Source of the DNA: Coprobacillaceae bacterium
GTDB taxonomy: Bacteria > Bacillota_I > Bacilli_A > Erysipelotrichales > Coprobacillaceae
Length of the DNA stretch: 32,000 nt
Direction of reading: 5' to 3'
Assembly (NCBI GenBank): GCA_963675915.1
Contig: OY780959.1
Span: forward strand, 1,110,001-1,142,000
Numbering within the stretch: position 1 is the stretch's first letter; each line of letters starts with the position of its first letter. Shown one piece after another: positions 1 to 7,648 of the stretch. A model generated the notes under the pieces. It did no database searches, had not been told where the DNA came from, and saw only the letters and a program-made list of their open reading frames with translations. A program made the translations under genes and the position numbers.

Positions 1-30
1 TCCGATTCTTTTTAAGGTACTAGATTTCAT
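1..30 (-). CDS. 5' end of a CDS that runs off the left edge of the window (first 10 codons MKSSTLKRIG); unclassifiable
   Basis: ATG at 30..28 on the minus strand, preceded by AGAGGTG about 7 nt upstream. The frame is open to the window edge. Only 10 codons are visible. Confidence 0.3.
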   Translation of the reverse strand, partial: MKSSTLKRIG

Positions 31-146
31 TTTATATCACCTCTGTATATTCTTTCTAGTAATACAATAACAAAACAATATGACAAAATAGTGACAGGTT
101 GAATTATCAGACTTTCTAGATCAATAATGATAAATATCAGTATTGA

Positions 147-782
147 TCATTTGCGGTTCTTGATTATCTTAAAATACGTGTGACCATAGATTCTATCATG
201 ACCGTGACAGATCCAGTTACAATCTTCGCGATTATAACTGTGGCCGCCAACAATCTTAGTGATTTTGAAAGACAAGGTAAGACAGTTCCCGCTTTTGATC
301 ATTTCCAGGCTGGAACGGTCGAATTTGACCATCACCGGATGGCTGTGGTCCTGAAGATAGATTATTTTGACATCCTTATTTTCAAATCCGGCTTTGAACC
401 GGGCATTTTCGACCAGCCCCTGATAATGGTAGCATCCTCGCTTCGCAATCTCCTGTTTGATCTGCGCTAGAACCCGATCATCATTATTGATTTGGACGAG
501 GGTATAGACCGGCTCGATTGGTTTAGATTTGACTGCCGGGGCCTGCCCCGCTTTAACAACTACCGACTTAAGACCAGTTTTCTCTTTTACCCGGGTTTGA
601 ACTCTTCGGGATTGAAGCGACTTTTCGCGATAATTGGAGCAATGTGCCGATCCGCTACAAATGATGGACTTCTCGCATTCACCTTTGTCATAATAGAAGC
701 AACGGCTGCGATGTCTTTTTTGGTCGCCTTCTTTACGGTGGATCTTTTCGATATGCCACGGCACTCCCTGTAATGATTTCAT
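147..782 (-). CDS. hypothetical protein, 211 aa, with a basic N-terminus carrying a C-x7-C-x5-C-x5-C cluster
   Basis: Full ORF from the track. RBS GGAAAGGGGA lies 7 nt before the ATG, and an extended -10 sits upstream. N-terminus reads HRKEGDQKRHRSRCFYYDKGECEKSIICSGSAHC. No family recognised. Confidence 0.75.
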   Translation of the reverse strand: MKSLQGVPWHIEKIHRKEGDQKRHRSRCFYYDKGECEKSIICSGSAHCSNYREKSLQSRRVQTRVKEKTGLKSVVVKAGQAPAVKSKPIEPVYTLVQINNDDRVLAQIKQEIAKRGCYHYQGLVENARFKAGFENKDVKIIYLQDHSHPVMVKFDRSSLEMIKSGNCLTLSFKITKIVGGHSYNREDCNWICHGHDRIYGHTYFKIIKNRK

Positions 783-814
783 AAATTATTCCCCTTTCCA
801 ATACCCTTTGTTAC

Positions 815-823
815 ATTATATCA
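815..823 (-). promoter_or_regulatory. extended -10 promoter element (TGaTATAAT) for 147..782
   Basis: Minus strand reads GGAAGTGATATAATGTAAC about 35 nt upstream of the ATG at 782. The -35 is weak. Confidence 0.5.
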
Positions 824-888
824 CTTCCATTGGGGTAAAACCACCAAATTGGATGCCCTTTCATAATTCTATAAATATATTTACGGTC

Positions 889-918
889 AAAAAAAAGGAT
901 ATCGTATCTGATATCCTT
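889..918 (-). terminator. intrinsic terminator after paralog A
   Basis: Minus strand reads AAGGATATC-agatac-GATATCCTT followed by TTTTTTTT, directly after the stop at 929. Confidence 0.75.
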
Positions 919-928
919 AACTGGTAAA

Positions 929-1768
929 TTATTTAAATGGGAGTGGACCTCTGTTTTCAAGCACCAGAGTTTCCTCTTGACCTTGCCAGGTGAACGTAAT
1001 CTCGTATTGCTCCACGTTGCTTTGATAGGTGCTTTGGTCACTGCTGACACTGCGATACCAGCCATCATCATCAAGAAGTGAACTATCGTAGGATTCGACC
1101 TTTTCCACGGCTCCTGATTCGAAAGTCTTTTCAACACTCATCGGACCGATATCTTGATAATTTTCACCTAAAAATTCAATTTCATAAGTCAGGATAGCTT
1201 CACCTTCAGTATAATAATTTTCACCGTCTTCAATAGTATTACAGTAGTGTTCCAGAATCATATCACCCTGCCAATGTTCACTGCTGCCCTCGTAGCGGTA
1301 TTTTTTTGCATGATTGAAGTTGTATAAGACAATTTTGTCAATCCGGTCTCCCATTTCGTGAATTTGTTCTGGATGATCGAACCCATCATCAGCTGGATAA
1401 ACCAAATAAATCAGAATATTCTTGGTTTCATATGGAGCCAGGCAATGGTCAGCGACAAATGACGTTCCCATAAAGCTACTTTGCTTCATCCATTCATCCC
1501 GTTCATCGATATCTTTGAATTCATAAATGAACATATTGTAATCACTGCCTGCGATATCATAAATGGTCGGCAAAACCGCCCCGGCGCTGTATTCAATTGG
1601 TATGTATGTCTTGTTTAGCGACAAAACCAAGCCCTGGTCCTCAAATTCATCAACTACCTGACTGGTATTCAGCCAGACTACCTCGTCATGAATAGTCACC
1701 ATCAAAAATATTCCGATTGCGATAATTAATCCGGTGAAAATTCCAGCGGCAATAATTTTTCCTTTCAA
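929..1768 (-). CDS. membrane-anchored protein of unknown function (paralog A), 279 aa, single N-terminal TM helix
   Basis: ORF 929..1852 trimmed to the TTG at 1768. That TTG is preceded by the strong RBS AAAGAGGGGGGA, whereas the GTG at 1852 has no RBS. TM helix is IIAAGIFTGLIIAIGIFLMV. C-terminus YEITFTWQGQEETLVLEN is shared with the neighbouring pseudogene. Confidence 0.7.
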   Translation of the reverse strand: MKGKIIAAGIFTGLIIAIGIFLMVTIHDEVVWLNTSQVVDEFEDQGLVLSLNKTYIPIEYSAGAVLPTIYDIAGSDYNMFIYEFKDIDERDEWMKQSSFMGTSFVADHCLAPYETKNILIYLVYPADDGFDHPEQIHEMGDRIDKIVLYNFNHAKKYRYEGSSEHWQGDMILEHYCNTIEDGENYYTEGEAILTYEIEFLGENYQDIGPMSVEKTFESGAVEKVESYDSSLLDDDGWYRSVSSDQSTYQSNVEQYEITFTWQGQEETLVLENRGPLPFK

Positions 1769-2001
1769 AGTAATTCCCCCCTCTTTCTTTGAGGTGAAGT
1801 GCCCTGCCAGGCAATCACTTGATTTCCCCCGATTTGCCTTGAGGACCCTCACCAGTTACCTGTTAATATTAGATCACCTTTATTGGGGTTTAACCATCTT
1901 CACCGGACAGCCAACCTCACAGCAGTCTTTTAGCTTGTAAATCCAAATTAATTCTATGGTTTTAGCTAAGACCATCCAGCGTATCCCGTCATAACAAACC
2001 T

Positions 2002-2832
2002 TTATAATGAAATAACATCGGTATTTTCAAGCACCAGAGTCTCCGATTGCTCCGGCCAGGTGAAAGTGATCTCAAATTGATCCCGGTCACAGTTATAAGG
2101 ATTATCCCCGATTTCCACTGTCTGGTACCAGCCATCACTATCAATGGGATCCGGTAGAACTTCGTTCGCTCGACCCAGAGAGTCCTTCACGTTCCACCTC
2201 CATCGCTTTGATATGTTGATAATCTTCACCAAGAAACTCGATTTTTTAAGACATCCAGTAATAGCCCTCGGTGTAAAGATCAGTTTCATCATATTCATGG
2301 TAATGGTGGTAGTACACCATAGTCATCGTTCCTTGCAGCTGTCACTGCTACCTGTACAACTCAATTTGGTTGTATCGTTAAAATTGTAAAGCACGATATT
2401 GTCGATCTTTTCGTTGAGCTCTGTAAACTCCTCTTCGTTGGTCAACGCTTCCTCACAAGGATACTCCAGTCCGATCAAAGCATTCTTGGATTCATGGAGC
2501 ACCACTATATTGTCATCGACCAGGATAGAGCCCATCGCCAATTCGCAACATGATAATTCCCGGCGCTCATTTCCATTGGCAAATTCATAGATTAAAAGAT
2601 GAAAATCAGTCTGACCAATATCGAAAATTGTCGGTTTGACCGAGCCGATTTGATATTTATCCGGCACAATTGTAGCATTTTGAGATAACATCATCCCCTG
2701 ATCCTCAAACTCTTCCACGATTCCGGCGGTATCCAACCAGAAATCTTGATCATGAACTATAAAAACACAGAACATACCAAGTGCAATGACCATGACGGTA
2801 GTGATTCCAGCTGTAACAATTCTTCCTCTCAT
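2002..2832 (-). pseudogene. disrupted tandem paralog (paralog B) of 929..1768
   Basis: It starts MRGRIVTAG with RBS GGAGGG and is collinear with paralog A throughout. Similarity leaves the starting frame near 2335..2343. It continues in another frame (LQGTMTMVYYHHYHEYDETDLYTEG versus WQGDMILEHYCNTIEDGENYYTEG). That frame has a TAA at 2246..2248 where paralog A has Tyr. Similarity returns to the original frame near 2165..2180, ending FEITFTWPEQSETLVLEN. Confidence 0.75.
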
Positions 2833-2937
2833 AACTGTCCCTCCATTCACATATTATACATTTTACCCAATTTTACCCAAAAAGTAAACTTAAGTAAATA
2901 TAATAATAGAATTGAGGTTAAAGTTCACACATTTGGA

Positions 2938-3255
2938 CACTTTAGTTGGACGAATCCTGAAATCGTAGTTGTTTGGACCAAAAAACAAGGTCACCATGGC
3001 CGTATACACTTTGACATTTGTTGAAATCCATTTTTGATTGACTTACCAGTCCGTTTTACGCTCCAGCCAGTCGATAATGTCCTGATAATAATCATCCTGC
3101 TTGTAGGGATAACCTAGCGGGCCCTGTTCCAGCACTTTTTTCAAGGCAATCTGAATTTCCGGTGCAACCGAAAATTCTATCTAGGCCGTCCCAAAAAAAA
3201 GCAAATCGCGATTATCATTTTGACTCTGAATTCCTTCCCGCTTAGAGAAACTCAT
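2938..3255 (-). pseudogene. N-terminal remnant of a PLP-dependent C-S lyase (PatB/MalY family)
   Basis: Minus-strand translation from the ATG at 3255 gives MSFSKREGIQSQNDNRDLLFFGTA*IEFSVAPEIQIALKKVLEQGPLGYPYKQDDYYQDIIDWLERKTDW*VNQKWIS... This is collinear with my recollection of B. subtilis PatB ([51 protein letters not shown]). It has two in-frame stops and an internal deletion. Only about 100 of roughly 390 codons remain. The 3' extent is uncertain. Confidence 0.55.
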
Positions 3256-3309
3256 CCCGGCCCTTTCAGGACCTGATCAAAATCATAATTTTTCTATGGC
3301 TTAGAATTA

Positions 3310-4449
3310 TTATTCATCATAGTTGTAATAGTTGTCGACTAAGATTTTTTTTGTTTCCATCATTAACTGACCTTTGGCAATAACAGTATCAATATCCAGA
3401 TTCTCATCAACAATCAATAAGTCGGCATCGCTGTTAACAGCGACACAGCCTTTGGCCGGATAGATTGCCAAGGCTTTGGCGACATTGGCAGTCACCATTT
3501 CCACCGCTTGGGCCAATTCGATTTCAGTTTCCAAATGCAGTTTCTTGACGGTTTCATAAAGAGTTGCCATCTGCCCGACTCCCATTCCGATAATTTCCAG
3601 ATTGTCGTTCCATTTAGGCAAGCTGCCGTTGGAATCCGATGAAATGGTAATCAAATCATTAGGAACCTTGGTCATCACCTTGGCTACCGTCTTAGCTGTA
3701 GCACTGGTGTCACTCCCGGTACTAAAGTCGATATACCCGCCCATCTTGGCAAACTTGATTGCATCTTCAAGATGACCGTTGCAATGAGTCGGTCTGAAAG
3801 TCGTAATTGGAATGTCGGTTTCCTCGACAATCGCCATCACATTTTTAAGTCCGGCTTTTCCCCTTCCCAGATGGATATGGACTTCCCCGGCCTTTTTTGC
3901 CAACAGACCGGCATAGCGGGCTTCAGTCGCCACCCGAGCCAACTCTTCTTTAGAAACATTCGAACAGCGATGATCGGAAATTGCAATCTTGACTCCGATA
4001 ACCTCGCTGATAAACGAAATATCCTTACGAACCGTATCCGTCAGAGTGTTTGACGGGTACATGTAAGAACCGGTCAAACAGTATGCCGTGATCCCCTGTT
4101 CAGTAAGCCCCTTGGCTTTGGCCACCAAAGTATCGACACTTTTGGCCATGCTGTCAGTCCCCAGCAAGCCAACCACTGTAGTCACTCCTGAGCTGATGCA
4201 ATCAGTCATTTCAACTTCCCGGATCAGACTCGCAAAACCGTTTTCACCACCACCCCCGGTGATATGAACATGTTGATCAATCAGCCCCGGCATTGCCGTT
4301 TTGCCGCTGCCGTCGATGACTTTGAGCCCAACCCATTGAAAGTCGATTTCAGCGGCCACCTTGATGATTTTGTCATTGCAGATCAGGATGTCCTTGATGC
4401 CCTGATCCTCCGGTGCCAATAGTTTGATATTCTTGATTAATGTAAACAT
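3310..4449 (-). CDS. iadA: isoaspartyl dipeptidase (amidohydrolase superfamily)
   Basis: Motif GLIDQHVHITGGGGENGF and overall amidohydrolase layout. Start trimmed to MFTLIKN at 4449 with RBS GGAAAGGGGA. The longer track ORF would run through a terminator and the upstream gene. Confidence 0.85.
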   Translation of the reverse strand: MFTLIKNIKLLAPEDQGIKDILICNDKIIKVAAEIDFQWVGLKVIDGSGKTAMPGLIDQHVHITGGGGENGFASLIREVEMTDCISSGVTTVVGLLGTDSMAKSVDTLVAKAKGLTEQGITAYCLTGSYMYPSNTLTDTVRKDISFISEVIGVKIAISDHRCSNVSKEELARVATEARYAGLLAKKAGEVHIHLGRGKAGLKNVMAIVEETDIPITTFRPTHCNGHLEDAIKFAKMGGYIDFSTGSDTSATAKTVAKVMTKVPNDLITISSDSNGSLPKWNDNLEIIGMGVGQMATLYETVKKLHLETEIELAQAVEMVTANVAKALAIYPAKGCVAVNSDADLLIVDENLDIDTVIAKGQLMMETKKILVDNYYNYDE

Positions 4450-4466
4450 AATTTCCCCTTTCCAAT

Positions 4467-4521
4467 AAAAAAATCTTGTTGATAATATATTCTCATATAT
4501 AGAATAATTTATCAACAAGAT
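4467..4521 (-). promoter_or_regulatory. AT-rich palindrome (13-nt perfect arms) followed by a T7 run, immediately upstream of the iadA RBS; operator or attenuator/terminator
   Basis: Arms ATCTTGTTGATAA (4473..4485) and TTATCAACAAGAT (4509..4521). On the minus strand the hairpin is followed by TTTTTTT (4467..4473), then ATTGGAAAGGGGAAATT-ATG. Confidence 0.45.
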
Positions 4522-4583
4522 GTTATCAATGCTGCCCTCTTTTTCAGGCAATCCACTTATTATACTTAAAACTTCGCCGACAT

Positions 4584-4612
4584 CAAAAAAAAACCGCCCT
4601 TGAAGGACGGTT
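4584..4612 (-). terminator. intrinsic terminator after the YbjQ-like gene
   Basis: Minus strand reads AACCGTCC-ttcaa-GGGCGGTT followed by a T-run of about 9, starting 6 nt after the stop at 4619. Confidence 0.8.
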
Positions 4613-4618
4613 AACATC

Positions 4619-4930
4619 TTATTTGAATTTGACTGCGGTGCCATAAACAATGACTTCAGCAGCTCCTTGCATGATTGCCGAAGAAGAGTAGCGGACATTG
4701 ACCACACCATCTGCTCCCATTGTTTTGGCTTCTTCAACCATTCTTTTGGTCGCTAGCGCCCGGGCTTTGTCCATCATTTCATTGTAGGATTTCAGTTCGC
4801 CTCCGACCAAGGTCTTGAAACTTTGGGTGATATCCCGACCGATGTTTTTAGTCTGGACGGTACTCCCCTTGACTATCCCCAACATTTCCAATTCTTTTCC
4901 GGTAATGTAATCAGTATTTACTAAGATCAT
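4619..4930 (-). CDS. YbjQ/UPF0145 family protein (103 aa)
   Basis: MILVNTDYITGKELEMLGIVKGSTV...GADGVVNVRYSSS...VYGTAVKF is typical of the UPF0145 family. Start trimmed to the ATG at 4930 with RBS GGAGAAG. Confidence 0.8.
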   Translation of the reverse strand: MILVNTDYITGKELEMLGIVKGSTVQTKNIGRDITQSFKTLVGGELKSYNEMMDKARALATKRMVEEAKTMGADGVVNVRYSSSAIMQGAAEVIVYGTAVKFK

Positions 4931-5132
4931 CTTCTTCTCCTTTATAGATTTCCCTAATTCTTTCAATCAAAACATACAGAGACACCCCCACTACTCCAAG
5001 CGAAACAGTCACCATCACAACTTTGAAAATGGTTGGAATGTCTTCATTGAAGTAGGTTGCTATCCAAAACAAATCGTAAAGACAGACAATCAGGGTAATA
5101 ACCACCGGGCCAATAATCTTTCTTGTTTTCAT
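4911..5132 (-). CDS. small two-TM membrane protein (73 aa), unknown function
   Basis: Start MKTRKIIGP with RBS GGAGAT. Two hydrophobic helices. Its 3' end overlaps the YbjQ-like start by 20 nt. A canonical promoter lies upstream. Confidence 0.55.
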   Translation of the reverse strand: MKTRKIIGPVVITLIVCLYDLFWIATYFNEDIPTIFKVVMVTVSLGVVGVSLYVLIERIREIYKGEEDDLSKY

Positions 5133-5154
5133 AACATCATCTCCTATAAACTTA

Positions 5155-5183
5155 ATTATATTCCTGTTTGACCTTTTAGTCAA
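5155..5183 (-). promoter_or_regulatory. sigma-A-type promoter (TTGACT-17 nt-TATAAT) for the small membrane protein / YbjQ-like unit
   Basis: Minus strand reads TTGACTaaaaggtcaaacaggaaTATAAT. The -35 is at 5178..5183 and the -10 at 5155..5160. Confidence 0.6.
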
Positions 5184-5311
5184 TTAATCCCGCTATCAGG
5201 GACTTTTTGGGGCGATTAAGGCAATGATTATCGCCGAATTCACTTTCATTACCAGAAAAAAAAGCACCTTGACATGAAAATCCGTTATTATTTAACAACA
5301 TGGAGGGTTTT

Positions 5312-5944
5312 ATGGTAAAAAGATTAGGATTATATTTTATCGGAGTATTAATATTGGGACTGGGAATCGTTTTGAACACCAAAACCGGGCTGGGAGTTTC
5401 GGCAATCAACTCATTCCCTTATGCCATCAGTGAAATGGCCCCGGTGACGTTGGGGAACGCTACAGCAATTTTGTATTTTCTGTTTGTTGTCGCCCAGTTG
5501 TCGATTCATCGCAAACTTGATTACAAGGTCTTGTTGCAGATCCCGTTTTCTTATCTGATGGGAGCCATCATTGATTTCTATAACAACGCCCTGGATTTCA
5601 CAGTAACCTCACTGCCCCTGGCATTGGCAGTTCTTTTAGTGGCAATCCTGCTGACCGCTTTGGGTGCTTATGTCGTGGTTTCTCTTGATTTGATTCCCAA
5701 TCCGGCGGATGGGATCGTCAACTCGATCAGTTCCCTGACCAACCGGGAATTCGGGAAAACGAAACTGATGTTCGACTGCATCATGATTTTGGCAACCATT
5801 CTGGTTTCATTTTTGGTCAGCGGATCAATCATCGGTATTGGAATCGGGACTATTGTGTCGGCCCTGCTGATTGGCAATGTCATTGTCATCTATAACCGTT
5901 ATCTTGGCAGCTATCTGGCCACTTTGGTAGTCGCTCCTGAATAA
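5312..5944 (+). CDS. polytopic membrane protein, tentatively YczE-like (DUF6198-type)
   Basis: Start at MVKRLG (RBS GGAGGG). N-terminus IGVLILGLGIVLNTKTGLGVSAINSFPY resembles my recollection of YczE-like proteins. Family assignment is from memory only. Confidence 0.65.
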   Translation: MVKRLGLYFIGVLILGLGIVLNTKTGLGVSAINSFPYAISEMAPVTLGNATAILYFLFVVAQLSIHRKLDYKVLLQIPFSYLMGAIIDFYNNALDFTVTSLPLALAVLLVAILLTALGAYVVVSLDLIPNPADGIVNSISSLTNREFGKTKLMFDCIMILATILVSFLVSGSIIGIGIGTIVSALLIGNVIVIYNRYLGSYLATLVVAPE

Positions 5945-6032
5945 ATTTGTCCCGATCGGGCTAAAATTGATTTATTCTTCAAAAAGGTTTATCATTAAAT
6001 TATAGAAAGACTTGCTTGAAGGAGTGATCGTA

Positions 6033-6698
6033 ATGATCAAAAAAAGATATATCGTTGTAACTGTCGCATTCAGTCTCTTTTTAGGTCTGGTGCCGTTCAT
6101 TTTCAGCAGTTACTTTCCTGAAACGGTGGATAACCTGCTTTCATATTACAGCAGCCTGCTCTCGTTTACCGGTAGTATCTTCATCGGGTGTGTCGCCCTG
6201 TATTTCAATCTCTCGCTCCAGTACAAAAACAATGAGATTTCGAAGTTGCAGTACGAACTCGACCAGGAAAAACACAAACATGAACTGATGATGGACAACA
6301 ACCGGATTCCTTTTTTTGAGATATCCGGGACATCATGCAACCAATATTTTCTTAATTGTATTTTCTATATCAAGAACGTTTCCAAAGAACCGATTCGAAA
6401 TCTCCAGTCGGAAAACCTCAAGATACTACACAACAACCTTGATGACCTGGAAAGTTCTGACATCCAGTTTTCCCGGCTCACCCTTGAAGGCGGAGCTACT
6501 GCGATTGTCCGACTGAAGAACTTTGCCAAGACCGAACGGGACAAGGGAGTAATCAAGATCGAGTGGACATTTTCCTGTGAAAATGAGATTGGAACGAAAT
6601 TCTTCTATTGTGCCCGGGCCAGATTTGATACCATGCAAAACGCTGGGAAGCAATACTGGGCCATTGAAGTCCTTGACAACTTCACCCGAGATAATTGA
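6033..6698 (+). CDS. hypothetical protein: two N-terminal TM helices plus a soluble C-terminal domain of about 150 aa
   Basis: Start MIKKRYIVV with RBS GGAG (the track ORF begins at an upstream TTG). A terminator follows. No family recognised. Confidence 0.65.
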   Translation: MIKKRYIVVTVAFSLFLGLVPFIFSSYFPETVDNLLSYYSSLLSFTGSIFIGCVALYFNLSLQYKNNEISKLQYELDQEKHKHELMMDNNRIPFFEISGTSCNQYFLNCIFYIKNVSKEPIRNLQSENLKILHNNLDDLESSDIQFSRLTLEGGATAIVRLKNFAKTERDKGVIKIEWTFSCENEIGTKFFYCARARFDTMQNAGKQYWAIEVLDNFTRDN

Positions 6699-6712
6699 TC
6701 ACAGTTATTACC

Positions 6713-6742
6713 AAGCAGGCATCAATACGATGCCTGCTTTTT
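6713..6742 (+). terminator. intrinsic terminator
   Basis: AAGCAGGCATC-aatac-GATGCCTGCTT followed by TTT, 15 nt after the stop at 6698. Confidence 0.8.
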
Positions 6743-6805
6743 GGTGCCATCATCGTCTTACAGACAAACGAAAACACCGGCAGATTAACTACCGATGTTT
6801 TGCGA

Positions 6806-7537
6806 TTATAAAATCAATACCGCAATGATATTATAGAGCCCGCTTAGTCCAATCAGGATGTAAGTTAGCTTTCTGACCATGGCACCGTCAATACGATCGA
6901 CAATCCGGTTGGCGATTGTCAGCCCCACCAAAACCCCGATCATGCCCAGGCCGATATAAGGCAGATGCTCGGTAGTGATGATCTGGCTTTGGATCCGATA
7001 AAAAGTTGCATAGCCTCCCACCAGCAGGAAGAATGTCTGGATGGTTCCCAGATACTCCTCCTTGGAGTTTAGCCGCGACAAGAAATAGATAACCATCAGC
7101 GGTCCCCCGATTCCAAACAGACCGTTGAAAAGGCCGGAAAGGAAGATGAAGACAAACGCCACCACCGGAGTAACTTCGATGGTCTTGTTTTTGGCAAAAA
7201 ACAGGAAATAAAGTGACAAGACGCTTAAAAACAACCCCAAGACCAGTTTCATCAACTCCTGATTGACACTGGTAGAAAAATCGATGGCAATGGTCGAAAC
7301 CACACTGAACAGCAAAGTCGGCCAGATGATTTCTTTGAAGCGGATGAATTTGCGGTACCTGATCATCATCGAGACGCACAGGATATTGCCGATCGCCCCC
7401 GCCAGGGCCGCTCCCTGAACAACCGAAAACAGATAGGGAAATACCATCATCATTACGATTCCCGCCCCAAAACCGGTCACCCCCTGAACCAGACCGGCGC
7501 AAAAAGCCGGCAATCCAATCATCAACATCAAATCCAT
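6806..7537 (-). CDS. TauE/SafE family anion (sulfite-type) exporter
   Basis: Polytopic protein of about 243 aa with GVTGFGAGIVMM and GLFGIGGPLMVIYF motifs. Start trimmed to MDLML with RBS GAGGAGGA. Confidence 0.8.
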   Translation of the reverse strand: MDLMLMIGLPAFCAGLVQGVTGFGAGIVMMMVFPYLFSVVQGAALAGAIGNILCVSMMIRYRKFIRFKEIIWPTLLFSVVSTIAIDFSTSVNQELMKLVLGLFLSVLSLYFLFFAKNKTIEVTPVVAFVFIFLSGLFNGLFGIGGPLMVIYFLSRLNSKEEYLGTIQTFFLLVGGYATFYRIQSQIITTEHLPYIGLGMIGVLVGLTIANRIVDRIDGAMVRKLTYILIGLSGLYNIIAVLIL

Positions 7538-7611
7538 TCCCGTATCCTCCTCAATTTTGACTCTTGTTTGATTATACACCTTAAAGCGGACTTTGAGTCA
7601 ATCCAAAACAT

Positions 7612-7640
7612 AAAAAAAGGAAAGAACAGTGTCTTTCCTT
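7612..7640 (-). terminator. intrinsic terminator after the carboxylesterase gene
   Basis: Minus strand reads AAGGAAAGA-cactgt-TCTTTCCTT followed by TTTTT. Confidence 0.8.
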
Positions 7641-7648
7641 GATTTTGC

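Noticed and set aside
789-803. An identical 15-mer TATTGGAAAGGGGAA precedes both the 147..782 start (plus strand 789..803) and the iadA start (4453..4467).
   Set aside because: It is real and statistically unlikely by chance. But it consists mainly of the Shine-Dalgarno region, with no extended similarity on either side. I cannot distinguish a shared translational signal from coincidence without genome-wide counts.
3310-4737. The track ORF gives a 475-aa isoaspartyl dipeptidase with a 96-aa N-terminal extension.
   Set aside because: The extension runs through a strong terminator (4584..4612) and overlaps the 3' end of the YbjQ-like gene in another frame. It also has no similarity to amidohydrolases. 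The internal ATG at 4449 has a good RBS and gives the canonical N-terminus.
6888-7502. Long alternative-frame and antisense ORFs inside real genes: 6888..7502, 9538..10041, 10239..10865, 12805..13140, 22495..23094, 30101..30664, 7907..8236 and 11606..11902.
   Set aside because: Each lies wholly within a CDS that has clear family motifs. They lack an RBS and have biased, low-complexity or Arg/Gly/His-rich composition typical of shadow frames.
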